Origin: an uncultured Eubacteriales bacterium | GTDB taxonomy: Bacteria; Bacillota; Clostridia; Oscillospirales; Acutalibacteraceae | Length of the DNA: 33,227 bases | Assembly (NCBI GenBank): GCA_900321515.1 | Contig: ONWI01000026.1 | Location: 1-33,227, forward strand | Direction: 5' to 3' | Shown: in pieces, positions 1 through 8,572 of the stretch | How the letters are laid out: the number at the start of each line of letters is the position of its first letter | Numbering within the stretch: the stretch's first letter is position 1 | Made by a program: the position numbers and the translations under genes | Notes under the pieces: model-generated | The model's database searches: none | The model's input: the letters and a program-made list of their open reading frames with translations, nothing else | Told to the model about the DNA's origin: nothing

Positions 1-1032
1 CGGGATGATAGACGGGATGACCGTCGGGATTCGGAACGCACCATACACAGGTTCAACAGTCGTCGTCGTGATATTGAGCCAAGATATTACAATGACAGAT
101 ATGATGACAGATATGATGACAGATACGATGACAGGTATGATGACAGATACGACGTCAGATACGATGACAGATATTACTATGATGATCGGCGTGAATATGC
201 CTATGATGACCGCAGGGAAAGAAGGCGTGATGAACGATATACCCGTGAGGATCCGCGCAGAACTTATCCTCCGCAGCCACCTTATGCGCCTCCCTATGAG
301 CCGCTTTATCGCAGTCAGTATGAACCTGCGCCGGCACACCTTGTGCAGCAGCCTGTCCAGCAGTCTGTGCCAACCGAGCCTGTAGCGGGGGCTCCTGTTT
401 ATACTCCTCCCCAGCCTGTGCCGGAACCTGTTCAGGTTGCCGCGCCAGAACCCGAGAAGCCTAAGTTCACTCCCAGCCCCCTCACCAATTTTGATTTCAA
501 TTTCCACAGGCCTCCAAATGAAGATTCCGCATCCGTCACACAATCCAAGAATGATACATCTGACGTCAAAGGCTTTGAGAACAATCTTGACGACAATTCA
601 TTAGGCGGAGGCGGCTTCGAGAATGATCTGAACGACAATTCGTTCGGCGGAGACGGCTTTGACAGCGATCTGAGTGACGATTCGTTCGGCGGAGACGGCT
701 TCGAGAATGATCTGAATGACGATTCGTTCGGCGGAGACGGCTTCGACAGCAATCTGAATGACGATTCGTTTGGAGGAGACGGCTTCGACAGCGACCTGAA
801 TGACGATTCGTTTGGAGGAGACGGCTTCGACAGCGATCTGAATGATAATTCGTTTGGCAAACCCCGCTTCGGAGGTTTCAAATTCCGCAATGATGTCGGT
901 TTAAACGCCGATGACGATGATGACGATTTTGGATTTGGATTTGGAGGCAGATCTATTTCGTCCGATCACAAGTCGTCTTTGCTGGATGATAGCCGCAAGC
1001 CGGCAGGAGGCAGATTTAAAAAGAGAAAGTGA
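1..1032 (+). CDS. Low-complexity tandem-repeat protein, 5' partial: R/D/Y-rich, then Pro-rich, then acidic FGGDGF repeats, with a basic KKRK C-terminus
   Basis: Frame 1 has no stop from base 1 to the TGA at 1030-1032, so the track's GTG at 343 is probably an internal codon and the gene starts upstream of the window. Both repeat arrays have unit lengths divisible by 3 (12 nt and 42 nt). No TM segment or signal peptide is visible in this part. Confidence 0.7.
   Translation, partial: RDDRRDDRRDSERTIHRFNSRRRDIEPRYYNDRYDDRYDDRYDDRYDDRYDVRYDDRYYYDDRREYAYDDRRERRRDERYTREDPRRTYPPQPPYAPPYEPLYRSQYEPAPAHLVQQPVQQSVPTEPVAGAPVYTPPQPVPEPVQVAAPEPEKPKFTPSPLTNFDFNFHRPPNEDSASVTQSKNDTSDVKGFENNLDDNSLGGGGFENDLNDNSFGGDGFDSDLSDDSFGGDGFENDLNDDSFGGDGFDSNLNDDSFGGDGFDSDLNDDSFGGDGFDSDLNDNSFGKPRFGGFKFRNDVGLNADDDDDDFGFGFGGRSISSDHKSSLLDDSRKPAGGRFKKRK
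94..177 (+). repeat. 7 x 12-nt in-frame tandem repeat (GACAGATATGAT-like) encoding (D-R-Y-D)n
   Basis: Units counted directly at 94, 106, 118, 130, 142, 154 and 166. They differ mostly by synonymous T/C or A/G changes. Confidence 0.9.
571..864 (+). repeat. 7 x 42-nt in-frame tandem repeat encoding GF[ED][SN][DN]L[NSD]D[DN]S[FL]GG[DG]
   Basis: Units start at 571, 613, 655, 697, 739, 781 and 823. The inner copies are near-identical at the nucleotide level. Confidence 0.95.
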
Positions 1033-1079
1033 CAAATTGTTCAATAGCCAGAGAGATCCGGCAATAATGTGATCATGTG

Positions 1080-1110
1080 AAAAACGGCATTTTGATAAAA
1101 TGTCGTTTTT
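1080..1110 (+). terminator. Possible weak intrinsic terminator after the repeat-protein gene
   Basis: AAAAACGGCATTTT (1080-1093), a GAT loop, then AAAATGTCGTTTTT (1097-1110). The stem is AU-rich with one G-U pair and ends in a T-run. Confidence 0.35.
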
Positions 1111-1170
1111 CCGCGCTGTAGGCAGTTTACGGCAGCAAACCATACCGCATTTTTCAGGAGGTAAATTCCG

Positions 1171-3339
1171 TTGAATTATAACGAAGAAAGCGCGCATATA
1201 GGCAACAAAAAGCGAAAGCTGCGTCCTGAGGAAATTTCGCACGTCATTGAGGCAATGCCTATTCCGCGCGCGTGGAATATCACCCAGCCGGCGGCTAAGG
1301 GAAAGGGAAATCTCAGACTGACCAAGGGCGCGATATACTTTGTAAAACTTGACATCGCGATAGCCGACAGACTTGCGCCGCCTGAGCAGCAGGAATATAT
1401 GCCTGAGCTTTCGCCGGTTGATCTGGATCCCGCCGACAGACTAATTGGAAATGATCAGAAACGCGGGATACACAGCCGTGAGAGCAGTATTGACCTTTTT
1501 GATCTGGAACGGCGTATCAAGTCCGAGAAAAATATTGACAGCGGCAGGTTTTCAACCTATACGGATATAAGGCTGAAATCACACGATTATGGCAGCAGAC
1601 GGGAATCCGAACGGGTTCGCGCCGATTTAAGGCTCATGAACAAACATGCGAAATTCAGTTTCTTTGAGATATTGATAATTACAGCTTTTCTGGTGACTGT
1701 GGATCTGCTGCCGAGTTTCGGCATAGTACTGCCCGGCATAAACACTTCCGAAGGATTTACCATGATCTATCCGGTAATATCGCTCATAGGACTTGTTCTT
1801 GCGTCGTTGGTCTTGTACAGAGATATAAAGGCAGGTGTGAGCAGCCTGTTCAAGAGAACTTTCAGCACACTTACGGCGATATCCGCGGCGATAATTGCGG
1901 AGCTTATACACATAATATATATGCTTGCCGCGGCATATTTTGCGGATAAGCCAATATATAGCACATTTGCGGCGCCCATATGCGTTGCGCTGCTTGTGTA
2001 CAGCGTCAACCGTCTGATGCACAATTCAAGAGTGTCGCGAGGCTTTGCTTACACCGCTAAGAGAGGAATCTTCAGCGAGGTTATGTCGGCGGATGACAGT
2101 CCTATAGCGGTCGATCTCAGATTGGCGTCCGGTGTCCGCGGCGCGAAGATTGCCTATGTTGTGAGAACGAGGCACCTTGATAATTATTTCATTAATGCCT
2201 GTCGTGAGGACAAGTCTTCAGTCATGATGAGCGGAATATATCCGGTCATTCTCATAGTGTCGGTAATTGCGGCGGTCGTTGCGGCGGTCAGAGGAGTATT
2301 TACCGACAATGACCCTGTGAATGTGGCATTTTCGGCGCTCTGCGCGGCATTGGTAACCGGGATCCCGATTACGGGAATGATCAGTCTGGAAGCTCCGCTC
2401 AGTCGGATTTCAAAGCGGCTCAGACACAGCGGCGCTTTGTTGACGGGCTGGAACGCGGTGGATAAATTCGGTGATACAGACGCTTTTGCCATCAATACCA
2501 CCGATTTGTTCCCGAGAGGCAGCATTCGCGTGCGCAGGAGTTTTGCAATTAATGATATGGAAATTGAGGAGATAACATCAATAGCGGCTTCTGTGCTTGT
2601 GGATTCAGGCGGCGCGCTCGCAGAGGTTTTCGGCGAGCTGATACACGATGACGCCAGGCTCAGACAGAGAGTTGACAGCATTACATACGAGACGGAACTC
2701 GGCATATCAGCGTGGATAAAGGACAAAAGAGTTCTGATAGGCAACAGGGATATGATGGAGCTGCACCGTGTGCTTATTCCAGGCGGAGGGCTTGCGAGGC
2801 TGAATGAGTTTGAATCTATGCGTAAAAACGAATGCTTCCAGATGCTCTATGTTGCGGTCAACAATCGGCTCATGGGAGTCTATATGCTGGAGTACAAGGC
2901 GTCTGTTCCCGCACGGAATTCATTGCTCAGGTTGATAGAGGACGGCATGGGAATAATGATATACACCTGCGACGCTAATATCAATATTCAGCTTATCAAG
3001 GCGGTTTTCGACATTCCGCCGAGATTCATTTCTATTTTGGATAATGAGGGAAGCCGTGTGTACGATTCGGTTACATACAAGGTGACCCGTTCGCAGGAGG
3101 CACTTATTGCGACAGACGGATCGCTCAAGGCGCTGTCAGACGCGGTGAGGGCAGCGGTCGTTCTGAAGGATACCGAGGGTGTCAGCACGATGATACAGGG
3201 CATATGTTTCGGCATGGGACTGATTTTTGTTGCGGGACTCAGCTGTATCAGTCCGTATGCAATTGATTCAATCCAGATTATGATAATGCAGACAGCGTTT
3301 TTGCTGCTCTCGACGGTTTCAATATTAAAGTCGCTCTGA
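1171..3339 (+). CDS. Polytopic membrane protein homologous to P1B-type (heavy-metal) P-type ATPases, with the catalytic motifs degenerate (predicted pseudo-ATPase)
   Basis: The TTG start lies 9 nt after AGGAGG (1156-1161). There are several hydrophobic helices. By eye, GALLTGWNAVDKFGDTDAFAINTTDLFPRG aligns to GILIKxxxALExxxxVxxVxFDKTGTLTxG, and VLIGNRDMME to vlvGNxrLMxe. MLYVAVNNRLMGVYMLEY...GMGIMIYTCDANI aligns to the MLTGDN region, and ALIATDGSLKAL to VGDGINDAPAL. Confidence 0.7.
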   Translation: MNYNEESAHIGNKKRKLRPEEISHVIEAMPIPRAWNITQPAAKGKGNLRLTKGAIYFVKLDIAIADRLAPPEQQEYMPELSPVDLDPADRLIGNDQKRGIHSRESSIDLFDLERRIKSEKNIDSGRFSTYTDIRLKSHDYGSRRESERVRADLRLMNKHAKFSFFEILIITAFLVTVDLLPSFGIVLPGINTSEGFTMIYPVISLIGLVLASLVLYRDIKAGVSSLFKRTFSTLTAISAAIIAELIHIIYMLAAAYFADKPIYSTFAAPICVALLVYSVNRLMHNSRVSRGFAYTAKRGIFSEVMSADDSPIAVDLRLASGVRGAKIAYVVRTRHLDNYFINACREDKSSVMMSGIYPVILIVSVIAAVVAAVRGVFTDNDPVNVAFSALCAALVTGIPITGMISLEAPLSRISKRLRHSGALLTGWNAVDKFGDTDAFAINTTDLFPRGSIRVRRSFAINDMEIEEITSIAASVLVDSGGALAEVFGELIHDDARLRQRVDSITYETELGISAWIKDKRVLIGNRDMMELHRVLIPGGGLARLNEFESMRKNECFQMLYVAVNNRLMGVYMLEYKASVPARNSLLRLIEDGMGIMIYTCDANINIQLIKAVFDIPPRFISILDNEGSRVYDSVTYKVTRSQEALIATDGSLKALSDAVRAAVVLKDTEGVSTMIQGICFGMGLIFVAGLSCISPYAIDSIQIMIMQTAFLLLSTVSILKSL

Positions 3340-3353
3340 GAGTCTTAGAGCCT

Positions 3354-3391
3354 GCTGACGTATCTCTCTTCACACGCAGGGATACGTCAGC
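3354..3391 (+). terminator. Stem-loop after the ATPase-like gene
   Basis: A perfect 11-bp inverted repeat, GCTGACGTATC (3354-3364) and GATACGTCAGC (3381-3391), with a 16-nt loop. The downstream tract is only moderately T-rich. Confidence 0.5.
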
Positions 3392-3411
3392 ACTCTTGAA
3401 TAAATTCATTA

Positions 3412-3440
3412 TTGACATTTTGGGTCAATGAGGATATAAT
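3412..3440 (+). promoter_or_regulatory. Consensus sigma-A promoter for greA
   Basis: TTGACA (3412-3417), an exact 17-nt spacer, then TATAAT (3435-3440), about 60 nt upstream of the greA ATG. Confidence 0.75.
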
Positions 3441-3502
3441 ATAATCCGCATGACCGCATTCAATATTTGTAAATCAATGAAATAAAAGGGAGATTGCAAA
3501 GT

Positions 3503-3991
3503 ATGGCAAACAACGTAAGGCAATTCAAGCTGACGGCGGAAGGTCTCAAACAGCGTGAGGAAGAGCTGGAATATCTCAAATCAGTCAAAAGAAAGGATAT
3601 AGCTGACAAAATTAAGGTAGCCCTTTCATTCGGCGACTTGAGTGAAAACAGCGAATACGATGAGGCTAAAAATGAGCAGGCTCAGGTCGAAAGCAGAATT
3701 CTCGAACTGGAGACAATGCTCAAAAACGTCGAGATAATCGACGAATCCGAGCTTTCCACCGATGTGGTAAAGATCGGAAGCACAGTCAAGCTCCTTGACG
3801 TGGAGAGCAACGAGGAAGAGGAGTATCAGATAGTTGGTTCAACCGAAGCTGACCCGCTCAGAGGCAGCATATCAGACGAATGTCCGGTGGGCAGAGCAGT
3901 TTTAGGCAAGCATGTCGAAGAGCTGGTTGACGTTGAGGCTCCCGGCGGAGTGCTGACATATCAGATATTGGAGATAAGCGCATCTAAATAA
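3503..3991 (+). CDS. greA: Transcription elongation factor GreA
   Basis: An N-terminal coiled-coil region ([30 protein letters not shown]) and a C-terminal FKBP-like domain (GSTVKLLD...[29 protein letters not shown]) are both present. I prefer the ATG at 3503, with GGGAG at 3488-3492, over the track's TTG at 3494. Confidence 0.95.
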   Translation: MANNVRQFKLTAEGLKQREEELEYLKSVKRKDIADKIKVALSFGDLSENSEYDEAKNEQAQVESRILELETMLKNVEIIDESELSTDVVKIGSTVKLLDVESNEEEEYQIVGSTEADPLRGSISDECPVGRAVLGKHVEELVDVEAPGGVLTYQILEISASK

Positions 3992-4014
3992 AGCCTTTTT
4001 TTTATATAATCGAC

Positions 4015-4075
4015 AAAAAAGCTGTTGCCTGACCGGGCTGGAACGCTTTCCGGGGTGGGTGCAGCTTTTTGTGTT
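4015..4075 (+). terminator. Probable intrinsic terminator after greA
   Basis: An imperfect GC-rich hairpin (AAAAAAGCTG...CCGG..loop..CCGG...CAGCTTTTT) is followed by TTTTTGTGTTT. It overlaps the 5' extension of the 4059 ORF, which argues against that start. Confidence 0.5.
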
Positions 4076-4175
4076 TGATACTAATCTCCGGTTGAAAATC
4101 GACCGCAAAGGCCGTCTTTTTTTATGGAAGATTAGTATGAGGGAATTTATATTTGATTTATCGGAGGAAAACAAA

Positions 4176-4922
4176 ATGATGGTAATCAGGACGATTTTTT
4201 TTCAGGCGTACATGTGGATAGAACTGCTCCTGCTTATGTTCGTATGGCTGAGAGTGCAGTGGGCAAACAAATTCTCCACCCGTGAAAAGCGTGACGCGCT
4301 GGTGGATAAGATTGTGCGAAACTGGGCTAAAAGGCTGCTGTTTATGGCTGGAGCCAAGGTCATGGTGACGGGCAAAGAAAATATTCCCGAAGGACGCACG
4401 TGCGTATTCGCAAGCAACCATCAGAGCTTCTTTGATATACTTGTGCTGCTGGCAAATCTTGACAAGCCGCACGCCATTCTATCCAAGGCAAGCATAGGCA
4501 AGGTTCCGCTCATTCGCCTGTGGATGAAGGAAATACACTGTGTTTACGTCGATCGCGCTGACATGAAGGCGGGCATTGAAGCGATAAATAAGATGATCGA
4601 GGTAATAAACAACGGATATTCTGCTATAATTTTCCCCGAAGGCACACGCAGCAAGACAGGCGAAGTGGGAGAATTCAAGGGGGGCGCCTTCAAGGTTGCC
4701 CAGAAGACCGGAGCGCCGGTCGTTCCCGTGGCGCTCGACGGCACAGGAGCGCTTTTTGAGCGCAATCACTACTGGATCAAGCCGGGTAAGGTGAATTTAG
4801 CCATATTGCCGCCGATTGAGACATGCGGAATGGGACGCGCGGAATTCAAGGAACTGCCAGCGAAGACCCAGCAGCTCGTTACAGATGCAAAATCAGCTTT
4901 TGTGGAAAATGATATAAAATAA
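4176..4922 (+). CDS. plsC: 1-acyl-sn-glycerol-3-phosphate acyltransferase
   Basis: The HX4D motif (NHQSFFD) and the FPEGTRS motif are present, plus an N-terminal TM segment. The ATG at 4176 sits 7 nt after GGAGGA (4163-4168). The track start at 4059 has no RBS and overlaps the greA terminator. Confidence 0.9.
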   Translation: MMVIRTIFFQAYMWIELLLLMFVWLRVQWANKFSTREKRDALVDKIVRNWAKRLLFMAGAKVMVTGKENIPEGRTCVFASNHQSFFDILVLLANLDKPHAILSKASIGKVPLIRLWMKEIHCVYVDRADMKAGIEAINKMIEVINNGYSAIIFPEGTRSKTGEVGEFKGGAFKVAQKTGAPVVPVALDGTGALFERNHYWIKPGKVNLAILPPIETCGMGRAEFKELPAKTQQLVTDAKSAFVENDIK

Positions 4923-5130
4923 TTCAATTAATACTCATAATAGTATTTGATTTTATGCTCTTCATATGATAGGATATTCTTGTAAGTTTAAAGATAGGCG
5001 ATTGAAAAAAATGAAAGCGCGAAGTGCCTGTTATCGGGGTTCAGGAATGCAAGGCTCCTTGGCATATGATTCACAGCGCTTATAATGGTTTACAATCGGC
5101 AAATTTTTAAAGAATAATGGAGGGTGCAAC

Positions 5131-6315
5131 ATGAGCGAGGATGCAAATAAAGAATCAGCCTATAACGAAGAACCTATGTCAGCCGGTGAGGAAGAGGAAA
5201 TGCCCCCGATCCGTCTTTCCATACCGGATTTTGAGGACGAAGAGGAAGAATCCGAGGAGGAAGAATCCGAAGAGGAGAAGGAAGTTTTTAAATCCCAGAG
5301 AATCGCAGTGGCAAATTTCAATTACAGAGCCGAGGATCACGAGCTGAAAAAAAGAATGGCAGACGACGCGCTAAGTGAGGAGAAAGCACGCAGACGCGCA
5401 GAATCGTTCAACGGCACAGTAAGGATATTGATTTCCTTTGCAGTGGGAATTGCGGTACTTTTGTCACTCTGGCTGTTTGTTCAATCCCGTACACACAAGA
5501 TCAACGATTCAAAGGATCATAAGGTTCACTTCTACTACAGCATTACAGATCAAAACACTGTAAAAATAACCTCTGCGGACAGCCTGAATGTAAATTATCT
5601 GGAGATTCCGGATAAAATGAACGGGAAGGATGTTACATGTATAAGTGCGAACGCTTTTGCTGGTCATAATTCCCTTGAAAATGTTTTTATTCCTGAAAGT
5701 ATAGATGAAATAGGATACAATGCGTTTTATGATTGTGAATTACTGAAGGAAGTCACAATTCCAGACAGCGTGAAAACTGTAAGCTACTGTGCCTTTAAGG
5801 GCTGTAAATCATTAACCGGTGTACGTCTTTCAAATAATCTCACAGCTATAGAATACGGTCTGTTCGGCGAATGTTTTAAGCTGGAAAGCATAGAGATTCC
5901 GCGTGGAGTAGTCGTCATAGAGCACGGCGCTTTTCAGAGATGTACCGGGCTTAAACAGGTAACCCTTCCGGATACACTTGAAAAGATCGAATATGACGCA
6001 TTCCGTGGATGTACGGCGATGGAGAATATAGAGATTCCGGACAGTGCAAAAGAGATAGGCAGCAGCGTTTTTTCGGGCTGTAAGTCGCTTAAAAGCTTTA
6101 CCGTTCCGAAGAACACAACCGGTATAAAGTCGTACACATTTTATGGCTGTACCTCGCTTGAGGAAGTACACATTCACGATGGTGTTGACTCAATTTCAGA
6201 TAACGCTTTTAAAAACTGCATTGATCTTACAATCTACGGCAAATCAGGTTCATATGCTGAAAAATATGCGCAGCAGTATGACATTCCTTTTGTTGACGAA
6301 TTTGCTCAAGAGTAA
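5131..6315 (+). CDS. Membrane-anchored BspA-type leucine-rich-repeat (LRR_5-like) surface protein with an acidic N-terminal tail
   Basis: GGAGGG (5119-5124) precedes the ATG. The N-terminus is E-rich, followed by a TM segment (ILISFAVGIAVLLSLWLFV). About 23-aa repeats of the type IPxSVxxIxxxAFxxCxxLxxV then recur many times. Confidence 0.85.
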   Translation: MSEDANKESAYNEEPMSAGEEEEMPPIRLSIPDFEDEEEESEEEESEEEKEVFKSQRIAVANFNYRAEDHELKKRMADDALSEEKARRRAESFNGTVRILISFAVGIAVLLSLWLFVQSRTHKINDSKDHKVHFYYSITDQNTVKITSADSLNVNYLEIPDKMNGKDVTCISANAFAGHNSLENVFIPESIDEIGYNAFYDCELLKEVTIPDSVKTVSYCAFKGCKSLTGVRLSNNLTAIEYGLFGECFKLESIEIPRGVVVIEHGAFQRCTGLKQVTLPDTLEKIEYDAFRGCTAMENIEIPDSAKEIGSSVFSGCKSLKSFTVPKNTTGIKSYTFYGCTSLEEVHIHDGVDSISDNAFKNCIDLTIYGKSGSYAEKYAQQYDIPFVDEFAQE

Positions 6316-6337
6316 AAGTCGGCTGATCAAATAATAT

Positions 6338-6388
6338 ACCCGTCGGGGCAGATCATTTCATTCAGATGAAAGACCTACCCCGACGGGT
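6338..6388. terminator. Bidirectional terminator between the convergent LRR gene and ilvD
   Basis: A perfect 11-bp stem, ACCCGTCGGGG (6338-6348) and CCCCGACGGGT (6378-6388), is followed by TATTTTATT on the + strand and a T/A-rich tract on the - strand. Confidence 0.75.
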
Positions 6389-6392
6389 TATT

Positions 6393-8054
6393 TTATTCGT
6401 CTTTGAGGAACACGCCGCCAAGGGATCCGCTGCTTACATGCTGATAGTAGCGAGCCAGATAGCCTTTGAGGTGTTTTTGGGGAGCAACCCACGCTGCACG
6501 GCGTTTTTCGATCTCAGCGTCGTCAACCTCAAGGGTGAGGGTGCGGTTAGTGATGTCAACATTGATCATATCGCCGTCCTGAATGAGTCCTATAAGTCCG
6601 CCCGCGGCTGCTTCAGGAGATACATGACCGATAGCCGCGCCTCTTGTTGCGCCGCTGAATCGACCGTCGGTAATCAGAGCAACCGTCTTGTCAAGTCCCA
6701 TGCCGACAAGTGAAGCTGTGGGGTTGAGCATCTCACGCATACCGGGACCGCCCTTGGGCCCTTCATAGCGGATTACAACGACGTCGCCTTCCTTTATCTT
6801 GCCGCCGAGGATTGCTTCGCTTGCTTCCTCTTCGCTGTCGAAGCACTTGGCGGGACCGCGGTGCTGCATCATTTCGGGAGCGACAGCGCCCTGCTTGACG
6901 ACAGCGCCTTCTTCTGCTATATTGCCGCGCAAAACGGCTATGCCGCCGTCCTTGCGGTATGCGTTTTCAAGCGTATGGATAACTGTTCCGTCCGCGTCGG
7001 GAGCGTAAGCTATTCTTTCGCCGACTGTGCCTGCGACGGTCAGACATTCGGTGTTGATAAGGCCGGCCTTGCTGAGCTCTTTAAGAACAGATTCAATGCC
7101 GCCCATCTCGTCGAGATCTTCGATGAAGATCTGTCCGGCAGGATTGAGCTTGCATATCTGGGGCGTTGTTTTGCTTATTTCGTCTATGATGTCCATATTG
7201 ATGGGGCAGCCCGCCTCGTATGCGATTGCGGTGAGATGAAGTACCGTGTTGGTGGAGCATCCCAGAGCCATTTCGGAGCGGAGGGCGTTTTCGAGTGCCT
7301 TGGGGGTGATGATGTCAAGGGGCTTAATGTCCTTCTTGAGCAGATCCAATACTCTTTCACCGCTCATCTTGGCGAGTCTGCGGCGCTTTGCGGAGACTGC
7401 AAGACAGGTGGCAGCTCCGGGCAGCGACATACCGATGGCTTCGGTGAGACAGTTCATGGAGTTGGCTGTGTACATTCCGGAGCATGAACCGCAGGTCGGG
7501 CAGGACTTTACTTCCAGCTCATGCAGCTTGCGCTCGTCGATTTTGCCGGCGGAATAGCTGCCGACAGCCTCAAACATCTCGGAAAGACCGTACTTGGTGC
7601 CGTCGCATTTGCCGGACATCATTGGACCGCCGCTGATGAAGATAGCGGGGATATTCATGCGGCATGCGGCAAGCAGCATGCCTGGAACGATCTTGTCACA
7701 GTTGGGAATGAATACCACTGCGTCCATCGGGTGAGCTGTGAGCATGACCTCGATGGAATCCGCTATCAGTTCGCGGGAGGGCAGGGAATACTTCATGCCC
7801 GGGTGATTCATGGCAAGACCGTCGCACACGCCTATGGTCTGGAATTCAAAGGGAACACCGCCCGCGTTGCGTATTCCTGCCTTGACCGCCTCGCCTATCT
7901 CGCGCAGGTGCATGTGACCGGGTATGTATTCGCTGTAGGAATTGACCACTGCGACAAAGGGTCGCTTCATTTCGGAATCTGTGATTGAAAGTGCCTTGAG
8001 CAGTGCACGATGCGGAGCTCTGCTGGGACCTTCCTTAAGCATATCGCTTCTCAT
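6393..8054 (-). CDS. ilvD: Dihydroxy-acid dehydratase
   Basis: The full 553 aa carries the characteristic IlvD/Edd blocks ([58 protein letters not shown]). AGGAGG lies 9 nt upstream of the ATG. Confidence 0.97.
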   Translation of the reverse strand: MRSDMLKEGPSRAPHRALLKALSITDSEMKRPFVAVVNSYSEYIPGHMHLREIGEAVKAGIRNAGGVPFEFQTIGVCDGLAMNHPGMKYSLPSRELIADSIEVMLTAHPMDAVVFIPNCDKIVPGMLLAACRMNIPAIFISGGPMMSGKCDGTKYGLSEMFEAVGSYSAGKIDERKLHELEVKSCPTCGSCSGMYTANSMNCLTEAIGMSLPGAATCLAVSAKRRRLAKMSGERVLDLLKKDIKPLDIITPKALENALRSEMALGCSTNTVLHLTAIAYEAGCPINMDIIDEISKTTPQICKLNPAGQIFIEDLDEMGGIESVLKELSKAGLINTECLTVAGTVGERIAYAPDADGTVIHTLENAYRKDGGIAVLRGNIAEEGAVVKQGAVAPEMMQHRGPAKCFDSEEEASEAILGGKIKEGDVVVIRYEGPKGGPGMREMLNPTASLVGMGLDKTVALITDGRFSGATRGAAIGHVSPEAAAGGLIGLIQDGDMINVDITNRTLTLEVDDAEIEKRRAAWVAPQKHLKGYLARYYQHVSSGSLGGVFLKDE

Positions 8055-8123
8055 GGGAAATTACCTCCTGGATTTGGAAAATAAAAAATGTAGAATTGCC
8101 CGCCGTAACGGACGCTTTTATCT

Positions 8124-8152
8124 ATTGTAAATCCAAAAATCCGAATTGTCAA
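8124..8152 (-). promoter_or_regulatory. Probable sigma-A promoter of ilvD
   Basis: On the minus strand: TTGACA (8152-8147), a 17-nt spacer, then TACAAT (8129-8124). This gives a leader of roughly 60 nt. Confidence 0.6.
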
Positions 8153-8256
8153 TAATTCCAGATGAATACACCGTAAATTAATTTATATAATTTATACTTC
8201 GATTGTTGATATCCTTAATAACATCGGAAATACTCCACAGTCTGTTAAAAAGGCAA

Positions 8257-8572
8257 GTGGAAAACCTGTGCATAATTTTAATTCTGTGAAAATAATCATA
8301 ACGAATTTGGCAAATAGTTTCAATACAAATATCAAAAAATGAGAATTATAACTATTTGTAAATCACACATATGCGAATGAAAAAAGCCTGTGGAGAGCTG
8401 TTGAATATTACAGTTGACAGAATTTCGGTGGAAAACTCGGTGGAAACCGGGGAAACCTTGGAATTTTCGATTGATTCTTATGATAAAACGGTAATACAAA
8501 ATGTAATTCAACACTTTTTAACTCTTTTAACAGACTTTTCAACAATTTTTATGTGGAAAAGAGTTTTCCACA
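8257..8572. promoter_or_regulatory. Cluster of GTGGAAAA / TTTTCCAC motifs (DnaA-box-like), including a perfect 9-3-9 palindrome and an ~10-11-bp phased direct-repeat array
   Basis: Exact GTGGAAAA occurs at 8257, 8428 and 8553, with the reverse copy at 8564-8571. GTGGAAAC occurs at 8440. The palindrome TGTGGAAAA-GAG-TTTTCCACA spans 8552-8572. A phased array, CGGTGGAAAACT CGGTGGAAAC CGGGGAAAC CTTGGAATTTT, spans 8426-8467. Confidence 0.4.

Noticed and set aside
5-890. ORFs 5-385 (+), 155-373 (-) and 432-890 (-) overlapping the repeat protein
   Set aside because: Tandem repeats with units divisible by 3 keep several frames open artificially. Only frame 1 is continuous from base 1 to 1032, and the others have no RBS.
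4059-4175. 5' extension of plsC in the ORF track
   Set aside because: It overlaps the greA terminator hairpin and has no RBS. The ATG at 4176 has GGAGGA at ideal spacing and yields a normal PlsC N-terminal TM segment.
5011-5085. 22-codon ORF (MKARSACYRGSGMQGSLAYDSQRL) in the plsC-LRR intergenic region
   Set aside because: There is no convincing RBS or supporting signal, and ORFs of this length arise readily by chance.
6366-7988. Plus-strand ORFs antisense to ilvD (6366-6713, 6861-7487, 7521-7988 and others)
   Set aside because: ilvD on the minus strand is unambiguous. The antisense ORFs are Ala/Gly/Arg-rich, as expected for GC-rich antisense frames, and lack RBSs.
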